A stretch of 64,000 bases of DNA from Bacillota bacterium (GCA_049323895.1 JBMOKT010000013.1:402266-466265), one strand, 5' to 3'. Shown: positions 18,982-29,739, counted from the stretch's first letter. Translations and numbers: made by a program. Notes: generated by a model from the letters alone, not told the origin.

Positions 18982-20997
18982 TTAGTAATTTTGGCAGAGG
19001 GCTGAGTCGAATTTTTCTGCCGTTTGTTTGTGAACGCCCAACTTCCAAGTGCGATATTCAAGAGCATCAAGTATTTTTTTAGCAGCTATCTCGGGATCAA
19101 GTTCAAACATAAAGTATCCACCATATACATCAGACGCAATTTGAGTTGCAATACTATAGAACAATTCACTGCCTTCAAGCGGCGGCATGGAACCTACATG
19201 AACTGGAACACCCAAAGTAACAAACCAAGAACCTATGGCTACAGCTTTACCGCTCATAGCCTCTGGGGCTGAAGCAACAAAAGGAACCTTTGGAGTATCA
19301 ACGCCTAGGTCTTTTGCCATAGCCACCAAAATATCGGAGGCACGGGTATTGTCAACACATGAACCCATAAAGAAGGCAGGCGGAAGCTGCCCTTGCATGC
19401 CTGATTTTTCTTCTAATGTTTTTACGAATGCTTTCAAACCTTCACCAGCATATTCTTCCAGTGCTTGCGGATTTAGGAAACCATGCTTTGCAAAAGCCTG
19501 GGCAGAGCATCCTGTAGCTAATACGAAAACATCGTTTTTCAGCATTTCTTTTAAAATGCCGATATGGCTCTCATCTTGGGGTCTCTTTATGTTATTACAT
19601 CCGGCAAAAAGGGCTACCCCCTTAATTTGCCCGGAAAGAATTGCATCATTGAGAACACGTATTGGATTTGCAGGATTAACAGCTGCAAACAAATCTTGTA
19701 GGGCTTCGAAACTAAATCCTGCGACAACTTTGTTTTTCACATTGGGAATCTGAATTGACTGTCCGTTACGTTTTTTATAGGATTCAATCCCTAATCGTAT
19801 AATTTGTTTAGCTTGTTCTAATGCAGTTTCTATTTCAAATGGAATGTGGTGTGAACCAGGAAGCTTGGCAATATTTGAAGTAGTAATTATCCTAGTATGG
19901 TAACACTCAGCAACTTGTTTCATTCCGGGCATAATACACTGTACGTCTACTACTACAGCATCTAAAGCGCCGGTAACTATAGCTAGTTCAGTAGAAGCAA
20001 AGGATGTTGCTAAAGGTATTCCTTTACGCATTAACACTTCATTACCTGTACAGCACATGCCCACTACATTTAATCCAGCTGCGCCTGCGGCTTTGGCTTC
20101 TGCTTCCAGTTCTTCAGCAGCTTCTACAATCTTTTCACTTAGAAGGGGATTATGACCGTGAACTGCTATGTTAATTTTTGCTGCATCAAGGACACCCAAG
20201 TTGGCTTCGGTTACTATAGGCTTAGGTGTACCAAAAAGTACATCGGAAATATCCGAAGCAAGGTGCATGCCAGCATAATCAGTCAAAGAAACTTTCAAAG
20301 CATTAAAGATAATATTAACAGGGTCATCATCATTACCCACGTGGGCTTCTGCCAGCAAATCGGAAATGTCTCCATAAATACCTGCAGGCATTATGTTGCA
20401 TTCATCAAACTTTTCTAAACGTTCTTCATTTAGTGTGCTCTTAATCCATAAGTTTTCACCAAAGCCTGGGAGACGGGTATAATCCTCCAGTGCTTTTAAG
20501 GAAACTTCTTTGGCAAGCATAATTTCATCCTTACCCTCTGTTTCCAATCCAATCATCTTGGCAACACGCTGTAATTTTGCTGGGTCCGTTATCTTATAAT
20601 CAGGAGCTTTACCTTCAGCTAATTCTAATAAAGCATGGGCAATATGACGGCCATGTTCGTTATGGGAAGATGCACCTGTAAGAATAAGTGTACCTACAGC
20701 TCTAGCAACGATTGTCCATGCAGAAGCGCCGCAGATACCCTTGCTTTCAGGGTCATCGGTTTTTAAACGGCATGGTCCCATTAAGCAGAATCTACAACAG
20801 AGTCCTTTGTAGCCAAACTGGCATTGTGGCTGCATTTGTGTAAAACGGTCAAAAGTGGTTTTGACCCCGTCATTCTCCGCCTTAGCAATTAATTCTAACG
20901 CGGCAGGGTCGATTGTTCTTTTGTTGCTTTTTGGATCTTTTACTCGCACCGCATCAGAAGGCTTTGCAGTGTGGCTTAAGTCCCTAAACCTTGGCAT
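18982..20997 (-). CDS. acsA: anaerobic carbon-monoxide dehydrogenase catalytic subunit
   Basis: 671-aa ORF. N-terminal Cys clusters (CQFGYKGLCCRFCLMGPC) typical of Ni-CODH. Confidence 0.95.
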   Translation of the reverse strand: MPRFRDLSHTAKPSDAVRVKDPKSNKRTIDPAALELIAKAENDGVKTTFDRFTQMQPQCQFGYKGLCCRFCLMGPCRLKTDDPESKGICGASAWTIVARAVGTLILTGASSHNEHGRHIAHALLELAEGKAPDYKITDPAKLQRVAKMIGLETEGKDEIMLAKEVSLKALEDYTRLPGFGENLWIKSTLNEERLEKFDECNIMPAGIYGDISDLLAEAHVGNDDDPVNIIFNALKVSLTDYAGMHLASDISDVLFGTPKPIVTEANLGVLDAAKINIAVHGHNPLLSEKIVEAAEELEAEAKAAGAAGLNVVGMCCTGNEVLMRKGIPLATSFASTELAIVTGALDAVVVDVQCIMPGMKQVAECYHTRIITTSNIAKLPGSHHIPFEIETALEQAKQIIRLGIESYKKRNGQSIQIPNVKNKVVAGFSFEALQDLFAAVNPANPIRVLNDAILSGQIKGVALFAGCNNIKRPQDESHIGILKEMLKNDVFVLATGCSAQAFAKHGFLNPQALEEYAGEGLKAFVKTLEEKSGMQGQLPPAFFMGSCVDNTRASDILVAMAKDLGVDTPKVPFVASAPEAMSGKAVAIGSWFVTLGVPVHVGSMPPLEGSELFYSIATQIASDVYGGYFMFELDPEIAAKKILDALEYRTWKLGVHKQTAEKFDSALCQNY

Positions 20998-21010
20998 ATG
21001 TTTCCCTCCT

Positions 21011-21772
21011 TTAATTATTTACCCGGCAATTATGCAGTTCTTGATAAATCTTATCAATTGCTGCATTAAGTGCAGGAATTTCATTAACATTTTTACCCAT
21101 TGCCATATCTAAAACTTCATCTAAAAATGGGATGCTCCCAATAAGTTTTTCTCCTTCTAGATTAGATTTTAGAAAATCAATTTCCTCTGTTTTTCTTATT
21201 TTATTTGCAATAAAAATAATATTTTGAACTCCAATCTCACGAGCCAGCTTGGCTATAACTTTGGCTGTAGCCACACTTACCTTAGATGGTTCAGTAACAA
21301 TGAGCATTATATCTACACCCTTAGCTGTACCCCGGGTAAGGTGTTCAATTCCGGCTCCCATATCTAAAAGAACTACATCTTCACTTGAAACAATAAGAGA
21401 TTTCAACAAGGCATTAAGGAAGGTGTTTTCTTTGCAATAGCAGGCAGATCCACCTTTTTTGACAGCACCCATTTTTAGTAAACGGATGTTGCCGTGCTTT
21501 ATAGAATAATTTTCTAATACGTCATCTACCTTGGGATTTAAGGAATAATAGGCACCGTTACCTCCTAGTTTTTCTTCTATCAGCCCCTTCATATCAACTA
21601 TTGGTGGTAATGCAAGAACTTTATCTTCAGGGAATCCTAACACACTACCCAGACTTATATCTGGGTCAGCATCAACGGCAAATACGTTATAATCTTGGGC
21701 AAAACGTTTTATGATGGCTGCCGAGATAGTAGTTTTCCCCACGCCTCCCTTACCAGAGATAGCTATTTTCAC
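21011..21772 (-). CDS. cooC: CODH nickel-insertion accessory ATPase CooC
   Basis: 253-aa ORF with GTG start. P-loop ISGKGGVGKTT, CxC (SACYCKE). Confidence 0.9.
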   Translation of the reverse strand: MKIAISGKGGVGKTTISAAIIKRFAQDYNVFAVDADPDISLGSVLGFPEDKVLALPPIVDMKGLIEEKLGGNGAYYSLNPKVDDVLENYSIKHGNIRLLKMGAVKKGGSACYCKENTFLNALLKSLIVSSEDVVLLDMGAGIEHLTRGTAKGVDIMLIVTEPSKVSVATAKVIAKLAREIGVQNIIFIANKIRKTEEIDFLKSNLEGEKLIGSIPFLDEVLDMAMGKNVNEIPALNAAIDKIYQELHNCRVNN

Positions 21773-22047
21773 TTATTGTCCACCCTTTCATATTTATGTT
21801 TGAATACTTTAAGTTAAAACCTACCCATAAAAATTTATAGATATTATAAGTTTTTTTAATTATTTGAATGTTTAACAATTATTCGAATATTTAGTAGACT
21901 CTATTCTACATAGTATCTTTTATTTCCTTCTATTTTTTTATTTATTATTCAACTATTTCGTTTACGGAATAAATGTCAGAATAGTTTGAATACGGGCAAA
22001 CCTGCCAAAATATGCAACAATGAGCTTCATTCTGTGTGTACATAGTT

Positions 22048-22395
22048 TTAGAAAGCATCCTGAATAATACATATTTCGGGGTTAATCCCAGTCCATACAA
22101 TTCCCACAACATCAAAACGGCAGTATTCTTCAAGTAAGTTATTCTTTAGAAGATAATACTCGGCCACCCGCCTTATCTTTCTCTTTTTTGTGTTGTTAAC
22201 CGTCTCCTGGGGTAAACCGCTACTCGCGTCAGTCTTAGAGCGAACTTCAATAAAAACAAGGTGGTTTTTATCTCTAGCAATGATATCAATCTCACCAATT
22301 TTACATTTGAAATTTCTATCTAGTATTAGATATCCCTTTTTTTTAAGTTCGGACAAGGCCAAATCTTCTCCATATAATCCTAATTCCTTAGTCAT
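22048..22395 (-). CDS. yraN: YraN family protein (UPF0102, endonuclease-like fold)
   Basis: 115-aa ORF. ...GEIDIIARDKNHLVFIEVRSK... signature. Confidence 0.85.
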   Translation of the reverse strand: MTKELGLYGEDLALSELKKKGYLILDRNFKCKIGEIDIIARDKNHLVFIEVRSKTDASSGLPQETVNNTKKRKIRRVAEYYLLKNNLLEEYCRFDVVGIVWTGINPEICIIQDAF

Positions 22396-22530
22396 AGTAA
22401 AAACCTCTTCTTTTGTTTAAAAAACATATTCGCTGTATATCTGGTAATACCTTTTAGTATAAACATCCATTTTTAAAGTAGCTAGTGGTATTTTTGTATT
22501 AGCCATAAAAATCAATATATTTTTTATATT

Positions 22531-22581
22531 ATACAGTAAAAAGACCGAACCTGCGTATTAAAGTACGCTAATTCGGTCTTT
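22531..22581 (-). terminator. intrinsic terminator ending the nuo operon
   Basis: Minus strand AAGACCGAA...(inner GCGUA/UACGC)...UUCGGUCUU followed by UUUACUGUAU. Confidence 0.65.
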
Positions 22582-22605
22582 CCTAAGGTCTTATTATACT
22601 TTTAT

Positions 22606-24036
22606 TTAGAAGAAAGTTTTAGCTACTTGGGTCGCTAAATTGGTTAATGGTGTTGGATAAATACCCAAGAATAATGTAATTATCATGGTAGCCATTAGAG
22701 CAACCTGCATGCCAAAAGGTACTATGATTGGTGCCTCTTCATGGGGGTCCTTGAAATACATAGCTTTCGCAACAAGCAGGTAGTAGTAAACTGATACCAT
22801 ACTCATGCCTAAAGCAACAAAAACCAACCACAAATACCCTTGTTCCATAATGGCAATAAACAATTGGAACTTACCCACAAAACCTGCTAAAGGAGGTATC
22901 CCTGCCAGAGATAATAAACTCACCATCATAACAGCTGCTAAGAAAGGTGATCTTTTCCAAAGACCGTTATAATCTTCCAATTGGTCCCCTCCGCCAGCTT
23001 GACTAAAGGCGATGATGACTCCAAAGGCACCCATGTTGCAGAAAACGTAAATCATGGAATAGAACAGTGCCGCTGATACACCTGTTGTGGAAAAGGCAAT
23101 TAAACCTAGTAAGATATAACCCGCCTGTGCCACACCAGAAAAAGCCAATAACCTTTTAATATTCTTCTGGGGTATAGCAACAAAGTTTCCAAGTAAAAGG
23201 GTCAACACTGTTAACGCAATAATTACAGGCATCCAAAGTTCTGCATTAGCAGGAAAAGCCTTCAAGAATACTCTAAAGAACACCCCAAAAGCTGCACCTT
23301 TAGAAGCAACTGATAACAATGCAGTAACTGGGGTTGGAGCTCCTTCGTAAACATCTGGTGTCCACATATGAAAGGGTACAGCAGAAACCTTGAAGCCAAA
23401 GCCGCTGATAACGAAGACAATGCCCAGCATTAGAAGAGGGGCAGAACCTCCTTGAGAAATATACTGCATTACACCATCAATATTTGTTGTTTTTGTCACT
23501 CCATAAACTAGGGTTAAACCGTAAAGGAGAACCCCTGAAGATAGAGCACTTAACAACAAGTATTTAATAGAAGCCTCAGTGGCTCGGAAAATGCGTTTTC
23601 CAAAACCAACCAAAATTATAAAGGAAATTGTCATTAATTCGAGTGCTACATAAAGAGTAATAAAATCACCGGCTGAAACCAAAGTCATCATCCCTAGTGT
23701 AGCAAAAAGAACCAGAAAACAGAATTCGCCTACAAATCCGGTAATAAATTTATCTACATATTGAGTCCCCAGCATGACAGCCATAATAGATGAAATAACT
23801 ATAAGAATTTTTATAAAGGAGCCAAAGGGGTCAACAATATACATGCCTGCAAAAAGAGAATCTTGAACATTAATCATTCTAAATAAAACAATTAACGTAA
23901 TAAGAAGCCCAAAAACCGAAACATAAGCCAAACCGTTTTTCTGTTCCTTAGGAACAAGGAGGGAGATTATCATCACTGTAAAGGCAAAACCGGCAATTAA
24001 TAGTTCAGGAGTTAGTAATGTCAGATCAAATCCCAT
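22606..24036 (-). CDS. nuoN: NADH-quinone oxidoreductase-like complex subunit N
   Basis: 476-aa polytopic antiporter-like ORF, last gene of the nuo operon. Confidence 0.9.
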   Translation of the reverse strand: MGFDLTLLTPELLIAGFAFTVMIISLLVPKEQKNGLAYVSVFGLLITLIVLFRMINVQDSLFAGMYIVDPFGSFIKILIVISSIMAVMLGTQYVDKFITGFVGEFCFLVLFATLGMMTLVSAGDFITLYVALELMTISFIILVGFGKRIFRATEASIKYLLLSALSSGVLLYGLTLVYGVTKTTNIDGVMQYISQGGSAPLLMLGIVFVISGFGFKVSAVPFHMWTPDVYEGAPTPVTALLSVASKGAAFGVFFRVFLKAFPANAELWMPVIIALTVLTLLLGNFVAIPQKNIKRLLAFSGVAQAGYILLGLIAFSTTGVSAALFYSMIYVFCNMGAFGVIIAFSQAGGGDQLEDYNGLWKRSPFLAAVMMVSLLSLAGIPPLAGFVGKFQLFIAIMEQGYLWLVFVALGMSMVSVYYYLLVAKAMYFKDPHEEAPIIVPFGMQVALMATMIITLFLGIYPTPLTNLATQVAKTFF

Positions 24037-25523
24037 TAAAACATCCCTCCTACCTTAAGTGTAGATAAATATTCCTGTACAAAAGGGTCTACACCGTTAT
24101 TTATAATTTCCATCAGGAATGATGGGAAGAAACCTAGATAAATCAGTACTGCACATAATATTACAATGGGTACTAATTCAATGCCTTTAGCATCCTCCAG
24201 ACCGTCCCATTTGGGGTTTCTAGGTCCGAAGAACACCCTCTGTACAACCCTTAATACATAGACCGCTGTAATTACGATACCGGAAATAGCTAATATGGCT
24301 AATACCGGATAGACCCGAAAAGCACCAACGAAAATGGAAAATTCAGCCACAAAGTTTATCAGTCCCGGCAATCCTAAAGAAGCTAAACCGGCAATAACAA
24401 AACCTGCTGCAATCCTTGGCATTTGATGGGCCAGACCGCCAAAATCAGCAATCATTCTAGTATGGGCTTTATTATATACATTACCCACCAGGGCGAAGAA
24501 TAGAGCTGTCATAATACCATGGGCAAACATTTGCGCTACTGCCCCGTTAATGCTTAGCGTATTAAGGGCGGCAATTCCCAATAAAACGTAACCCATATGG
24601 CTTACACTGGAATAACCGATAACAAATTTAAGATCCTTTTGTGCCATGGCTACCATTGCACCATAGACTACGTTAACAATACAAAGCAGAGCTATTACAG
24701 GCGCCCAGAATTTTGCACCTTCTGGGAATAAAAAGATACCTACCCGTACTAAACCATAGCCACCCAGCTTCATAAGAACGCCGGCATGCAGCATACTTAC
24801 CGCAGTAGGAGCTGCTACGTGACCGTCGGGAGACCATGTGTGCATTGGCCACATCGGAACCAAGAAGCCGAAGCCAATCATTAAAAGGAAGAAAGCAAAC
24901 TTTTGGAATCCGATATCATAGGTTTGCTGGGTCAATGTCTGGATATCAAAGGTATTCAGACCAGTGTATAGATATACACCAATAACCGCAATCAAAGCAA
25001 ATGCGCTTCCAACCAACAAGTAAATAGTTAGTTTCATGGCTGCATATTCTTTGTTGGTACTTCCCCAAACACCTATCAAGATGTACATGGGAATTACCGC
25101 TACTTCAAAGAACAGATAGAAGAAAAATAAATCGGTTGTCAAGAAAACTCCGAATACCCCAGCAACAAGAGCCAGCAGAAAGACAAAGAATTCCTTGACA
25201 CGTTTTTCTAGGCCCCAGGAAGCAAAAACTCCCGTAAAGATAACAATAGCCGTTAATAAAACCAGTGGTAAACTAATGCCGTCAACACCTAGAGCGTATT
25301 CTACCCCCAGCTTTTCAATCCAGGGTATTCTCTCAACAAACTGGATACCACCAATACTCTGGTCGTATTTAACATAAGCAATTAACGACAGTAACATAGA
25401 AATGCCAGTAGTAATTGCTGCTACTATTTTTATAATCAAATCTTCCCGTTGGGGAATAAAGAGAATTATTAAGACCCCAAGTACCGGTGCCAATAAAATG
25501 CCTGAAAGAATCGGAAAACTCAT
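24036..25523 (-). CDS. nuoM: complex I subunit M
   Basis: ORF track 24036..25658. Start moved to ATG 25523 (MSFPILSG...), which overlaps the nuoL stop (ATGA) behind GGTAGGAGG. Confidence 0.9.
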   Translation of the reverse strand: MSFPILSGILLAPVLGVLIILFIPQREDLIIKIVAAITTGISMLLSLIAYVKYDQSIGGIQFVERIPWIEKLGVEYALGVDGISLPLVLLTAIVIFTGVFASWGLEKRVKEFFVFLLALVAGVFGVFLTTDLFFFYLFFEVAVIPMYILIGVWGSTNKEYAAMKLTIYLLVGSAFALIAVIGVYLYTGLNTFDIQTLTQQTYDIGFQKFAFFLLMIGFGFLVPMWPMHTWSPDGHVAAPTAVSMLHAGVLMKLGGYGLVRVGIFLFPEGAKFWAPVIALLCIVNVVYGAMVAMAQKDLKFVIGYSSVSHMGYVLLGIAALNTLSINGAVAQMFAHGIMTALFFALVGNVYNKAHTRMIADFGGLAHQMPRIAAGFVIAGLASLGLPGLINFVAEFSIFVGAFRVYPVLAILAISGIVITAVYVLRVVQRVFFGPRNPKWDGLEDAKGIELVPIVILCAVLIYLGFFPSFLMEIINNGVDPFVQEYLSTLKVGGMF

Positions 25524-27415
25524 TGTACACCTCCTACCACAGGTCCTGCCAGAAATAAGACAATTACAACTACTGCTGCGAAAATAACTAAACCATAAGT
25601 TTGCATGCTGCCTGTGTGAACATACCTTCCTTTTGCCCCAGTCATTCTTATTAACCAAGCGATACCATGGGCAATCCCATCAACAATATAACGGTCACAC
25701 CAGTTTAGTACAGCTGATAAGCCAAGAACTACTTTATCAAAGAACCATTGATATAACTCATCAATATACCACTTGTTGTAAAGGAACTTATACACAGGAG
25801 CAAATTGCTGGGCAATTTTTTCCGCAGAAATAGCTTTCTTGATATAAATCAGCCAAGCCAAGAAAATTCCTAACATGGCAATAATGGTAGATGAACCCAT
25901 AACCATAAAGTCTGGTGTGGGATGATGAGGTTCTCCGAAATAAATATAGTAGGAAAAACCATGTTCTATAAAGGGTGCTCCCATAAATCCGCCAAAAATT
26001 GAAAATACAGCTAAAATCATAAGAGGTATTGTCATGGTCAATGGTGACTCGTGGGCATGATAGTCACTGCGTTTTTCACCAAAGAAAGCAAGGAAAATCA
26101 ACCTAAACATATAAAACGCAGTTAAAAATGCCGTAACTGCAGCCATTATATAAAGAAGGGTGTATCCATGGTCTTTGGTAACCAGTAAAATTTCGTCTTT
26201 ACTCCAAAAACCGGCAAAGGGCGGAATACCAGCAATTGCCAGTCCCCCGATTACCATACAGGTACCGGTAATTTTCATTTCTTTAAATACTCCGCCCATT
26301 TCAAAAATATCCTGTTTATGCAGAGCATGAATTACACTACCTGCACATAAAAACATAAGGGCTTTGAAAAAAGCATGGGTAGTTAAATGGAACATTCCGG
26401 CAGTCAAACTGCCAACGCCTAGAGCCATAACCATATAACCCAACTGACTTAGTGTGGAAAAAGCCAGTATTCTTTTAAAATCCCTCTGGGTAATGGCAAT
26501 CGTAGCTGCAAAAAGTGCTGTAAAGGCACCTAAATAAGCAATTACCGTCATGGCTGTCGTTGAACTGGCAAAAAGAATAAATCCACGAGCCAGTAAATAT
26601 ACTCCAGCAGCAACCATGGTCGCAGCATGGATTAAAGCACTTACGGGTGTAGGACCTTCCATGGCATCAGGAAGCCAAACGTGTAAAGGAAACTGACCAG
26701 ACTTACCGATAGGACCAATGAATACCAGGATGCCTGCCAGGGTCAAAAAGGCTAAATCCGAGGAAGCACTTATGGCTTTGGCAAGTTCACCAAAATTAAA
26801 GGTTCCAAAGTATAGATACAGGATAATAATCCCGATCATAAAACCGAAGTCTGCTACCCTGTTGGTAATAAAGGCTTTTTTATTGGCTTGGGCAGCAGAA
26901 TCCTTATAAAAATAAAAACCAATCAACAAATAGGAACTTAAACCAACCAATTCCCAAAAGACAAACATTTGAAAGTAATTGTTAGCTATTACTAGCCCTA
27001 GCATGGAAAAAACGAAAAGTGCAAGATAAGAAAAGAATCTGGAAAATCCTGGGTCACCATGCATATAACCAACAGAATATACCATTACCAATAGAGAAAT
27101 AAAAGTTACCACAAACAGCATTCCAGCCGTCAAAGGGTCAATTAATGCCCCCATTTCAATATATAAGCCGTTCATATTAAGCCATTCTACAGCCTTTTCT
27201 ACCGGCTCATGCATAGTAACTCCATGTCCCGATAGTACATTCCTTACTATATCTAAGGATAACCCAAAGGCAATGACCATACTGAATATAGCTGTTAAGG
27301 CACTAAGCATTTGATATCTTTTGAAAAGAAAGGTAATTAATACAAAGGCAACCAAGGGAGCTAGGGGGACTATCCATATATATTTTAGACCTATGCTTTC
27401 AATCATCCATATCAC
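25520..27415 (-). CDS. nuoL: complex I subunit L
   Basis: 631-aa antiporter-like membrane ORF. Confidence 0.9.
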   Translation of the reverse strand: MIWMIESIGLKYIWIVPLAPLVAFVLITFLFKRYQMLSALTAIFSMVIAFGLSLDIVRNVLSGHGVTMHEPVEKAVEWLNMNGLYIEMGALIDPLTAGMLFVVTFISLLVMVYSVGYMHGDPGFSRFFSYLALFVFSMLGLVIANNYFQMFVFWELVGLSSYLLIGFYFYKDSAAQANKKAFITNRVADFGFMIGIIILYLYFGTFNFGELAKAISASSDLAFLTLAGILVFIGPIGKSGQFPLHVWLPDAMEGPTPVSALIHAATMVAAGVYLLARGFILFASSTTAMTVIAYLGAFTALFAATIAITQRDFKRILAFSTLSQLGYMVMALGVGSLTAGMFHLTTHAFFKALMFLCAGSVIHALHKQDIFEMGGVFKEMKITGTCMVIGGLAIAGIPPFAGFWSKDEILLVTKDHGYTLLYIMAAVTAFLTAFYMFRLIFLAFFGEKRSDYHAHESPLTMTIPLMILAVFSIFGGFMGAPFIEHGFSYYIYFGEPHHPTPDFMVMGSSTIIAMLGIFLAWLIYIKKAISAEKIAQQFAPVYKFLYNKWYIDELYQWFFDKVVLGLSAVLNWCDRYIVDGIAHGIAWLIRMTGAKGRYVHTGSMQTYGLVIFAAVVVIVLFLAGPVVGGVQ

Positions 27416-27418
27416 CCC

Positions 27419-27727
27419 TTACCATTTAAGCCAATCTAAATTCTCAACATCCACTGAAGAACGATCCCGATAGATGGCAATAACAATAGCCAAACCAACT
27501 GCAACCTCACATGCTGCAACTACAATTACGAATAGAGCAAATATTTGGCCAGTTAAAACTCCAGGTGTTAAAAATTTAGTAAAGGCTACTAGATTTATGT
27601 TTACAGCATTAAGCATTAATTCGATACAAATTAAAATTGCTACTGCATTTTTCTTCGATAATGCCCCGTAAAGTCCAATACAAAACAACATGGCACTCAA
27701 GAGTAAATAATGATTCAAGGTAATCAT
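27419..27727 (-). CDS. nuoK: complex I subunit K
   Basis: 102-aa three-helix membrane ORF in conserved position. Confidence 0.9.
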   Translation of the reverse strand: MITLNHYLLLSAMLFCIGLYGALSKKNAVAILICIELMLNAVNINLVAFTKFLTPGVLTGQIFALFVIVVAACEVAVGLAIVIAIYRDRSSVDVENLDWLKW

Positions 27728-28233
27728 TTAGGGCTTCTCACCTCTCTTGCAATGACTATTGCACCCACCATAGACACAGTCAACAGAATAGCAGCCAGTT
27801 CAAAGGGGATTACGTACTCACCCAATAGCATCTCGGCCATTTTTTCCATTGCACCTTGTGTTACCCCAGTACTGTCAACCTGCCAAGGAGTGGCAATGAT
27901 AAAATAAGATAAAACTGCAAATAAAGCAGTTACTACTATCCCTGCAGTATATTTGTATTTTCCAAAAACATTGGTATCAACCATTCTCCCATCACCCCTG
28001 GTAATGAGCATGATACCAAAAACTATTAGAATAGAAACCGCTCCGGCGTAAACCAAAATCTGTACTGCAGCCAGAAAATCAGCATGAAGGGTTAAATAGA
28101 TTCCTGCTACACCGATAAAGGCCATGATAAGCGCCAATGCGCTGTGTACAATATTTGTTAATGCCACAACCGATAGTGCTGAACCTAAGGTTACAAAAGC
28201 TAAAATCCAAAACAAGATAGCCTGCAAATCCAT
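27724..28233 (-). CDS. nuoJ: complex I subunit J
   Basis: 169-aa membrane ORF. Overlaps the nuoK start by 4 nt. Confidence 0.85.
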   Translation of the reverse strand: MDLQAILFWILAFVTLGSALSVVALTNIVHSALALIMAFIGVAGIYLTLHADFLAAVQILVYAGAVSILIVFGIMLITRGDGRMVDTNVFGKYKYTAGIVVTALFAVLSYFIIATPWQVDSTGVTQGAMEKMAEMLLGEYVIPFELAAILLTVSMVGAIVIAREVRSPK

Positions 28234-28235
28234 TT

Positions 28236-28685
28236 TTAACCCTCCTTCCCTTCTGATTGATTTTTTGGTTCAGGTTGACCATAGTCAGAAGCTGGTGCAG
28301 AAAGATTTTGATTTTTAAACAAATCAAGAACTACTTTTTCTTTGTCATAGGTAGCTGTTTCAAATTCCTTAGTGAATTTTAAACAATTTTTAGGACAAGC
28401 TTCTACACACAAACCGCAAAACAAACAATAAGATTGGTTAATACTATAGCTGGCCAGTTGTTTTTTATTCTCTTCATTTTTTTCTGTAGTCATTTTTATT
28501 GCTACATTAGGACATGCTCTTTCACATAATGAACAGGCAATGCAATCTGCAACATTGAGCTGGAACCCCCCCCGCCACCTTGCAGCCAATTGGGGTTTTT
28601 CTTCAGGGTATTTCTCTGTAATTGTTTTTTTGAAAACAACCTTACCTGTTACCCCCAACCCCTTAAATAATCCTTTGCCGTACAT
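28236..28685 (-). CDS. nuoI: complex I subunit I (2x[4Fe-4S])
   Basis: ORF track 28236..28724. Start moved to ATG 28685 (MYGKGLF...), just after the nuoH stop. CIACSLCERACP and CLFCGLCVEACP motifs. Confidence 0.9.
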   Translation of the reverse strand: MYGKGLFKGLGVTGKVVFKKTITEKYPEEKPQLAARWRGGFQLNVADCIACSLCERACPNVAIKMTTEKNEENKKQLASYSINQSYCLFCGLCVEACPKNCLKFTKEFETATYDKEKVVLDLFKNQNLSAPASDYGQPEPKNQSEGKEG

Positions 28686-28686
28686 T

Positions 28687-29739
28687 TTACCACCACCCCA
28701 ATCCGTTGTTGTAAATATAGACACCTATAGCAGTAATAAAAATATTAGCTAAAGATAGTGGTACTAAAAACTTCCAACCGAAGTTCATTAAATGGTCAAC
28801 TCTAACCCGGGGGAATGTCCAGCGGATCCAAATAAAGAAGGAAAAGAGCAAGTGTGTTTTAATAAAGAACCAAACCCAACCCGGTAATATAGGACCATGC
28901 CAGCCGCCCAAAAATACAGTTGTACCCATTGCTGAGACAACAAAGAGATTACAATACTCGGCAAGGAAGAATAATGCCCATTTCATACCAGAATATTCAG
29001 TATAGATACCTGCAGTTAGTTCTGATTCTCCCTCTGGCAAATCAAAAGGTGCCCGGTTTGTTTCTGCAGTAGCAGCTATCACGAAGATTATAAAGGCTAT
29101 AGGCTGCAGAAAGACAAACCACACATTAGACTGGGCTGCTACTATTCCTTGTAATTGTAATGTTCCGGTAATTATAATTACTCCCAAAAAGGAAAATACC
29201 AAAGGAATTTCATAGCTGACCATTTGTGCTACCGCACGCATTCCGCCAATGAGGGAGTATTTATTATTAGAGCCCCATCCAGCCATAAATATGGGGATAG
29301 TAGTCAAAGAAGTTACCGCAATTAGATAAAATATCCCTAAATTTAAATCTAAGGCCGCCATACCTTGCCCGAAGGGTATTACAGCCAAAGCAAGTACAGT
29401 TGGCACAAAGATAAATACCGGTGCCAGCAAATGAACTGCTTTATCGGCTTCTGCAGGTACAACATCCTCCTTCGTCAATAGTTTAATTGCGTCAGCAATG
29501 GTTTGAAACCAACCGTTAGGACCTAACCTGTTGGGACCGGGACGATATTGGATATACCCAGCCAGCTTTCTTTCCCATAAAACATAAAATAAAGCAGCTA
29601 AGGTGCAAACTCCAAGTATTGCCACCAAATAAGTTACTCCCATGCTTAACTCCACCCAAACAGGTGTAAAGCCCAAGGCAGCCAGAGTTTCTCTTATCAA
29701 TTGAGCACCATAGACAAAGATGTTATTTAAAAACTCCAT
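28687..29739 (-). CDS. nuoH: complex I subunit H
   Basis: 350-aa membrane ORF. ...WERKLAGYIQYRPGPNRLGP... signature. Confidence 0.9.
   Translation of the reverse strand: MEFLNNIFVYGAQLIRETLAALGFTPVWVELSMGVTYLVAILGVCTLAALFYVLWERKLAGYIQYRPGPNRLGPNGWFQTIADAIKLLTKEDVVPAEADKAVHLLAPVFIFVPTVLALAVIPFGQGMAALDLNLGIFYLIAVTSLTTIPIFMAGWGSNNKYSLIGGMRAVAQMVSYEIPLVFSFLGVIIITGTLQLQGIVAAQSNVWFVFLQPIAFIIFVIAATAETNRAPFDLPEGESELTAGIYTEYSGMKWALFFLAEYCNLFVVSAMGTTVFLGGWHGPILPGWVWFFIKTHLLFSFFIWIRWTFPRVRVDHLMNFGWKFLVPLSLANIFITAIGVYIYNNGLGWW

Noticed and set aside
16781-19048. N-terminal extensions in the ORF track (acsB to 19048, pheA to 8009, nuoM to 25658, nuoI to 28724, smc to 50660, ffh to 39497, acpP to 55378, fabD to 57055, fabF to 53858)
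   Set aside because: Each extension overlaps the upstream gene or a regulatory RNA and lacks an RBS. An internal start with a strong Shine-Dalgarno gives the canonical N-terminus instead.
21861-21878. Rex operator upstream of the acs operon
   Set aside because: The minus strand TTGTTAA-ACAT-TCAAATA has only one good half-site, and the second half deviates strongly from TTAACAA/TTCACAA. That is not enough to call.
21945-22133. 62-aa minus-strand ORF overlapping the 3' end of yraN
   Set aside because: It is in a different frame over the conserved YraN C-terminus and continues into the AT-rich promoter region. It has no RBS.
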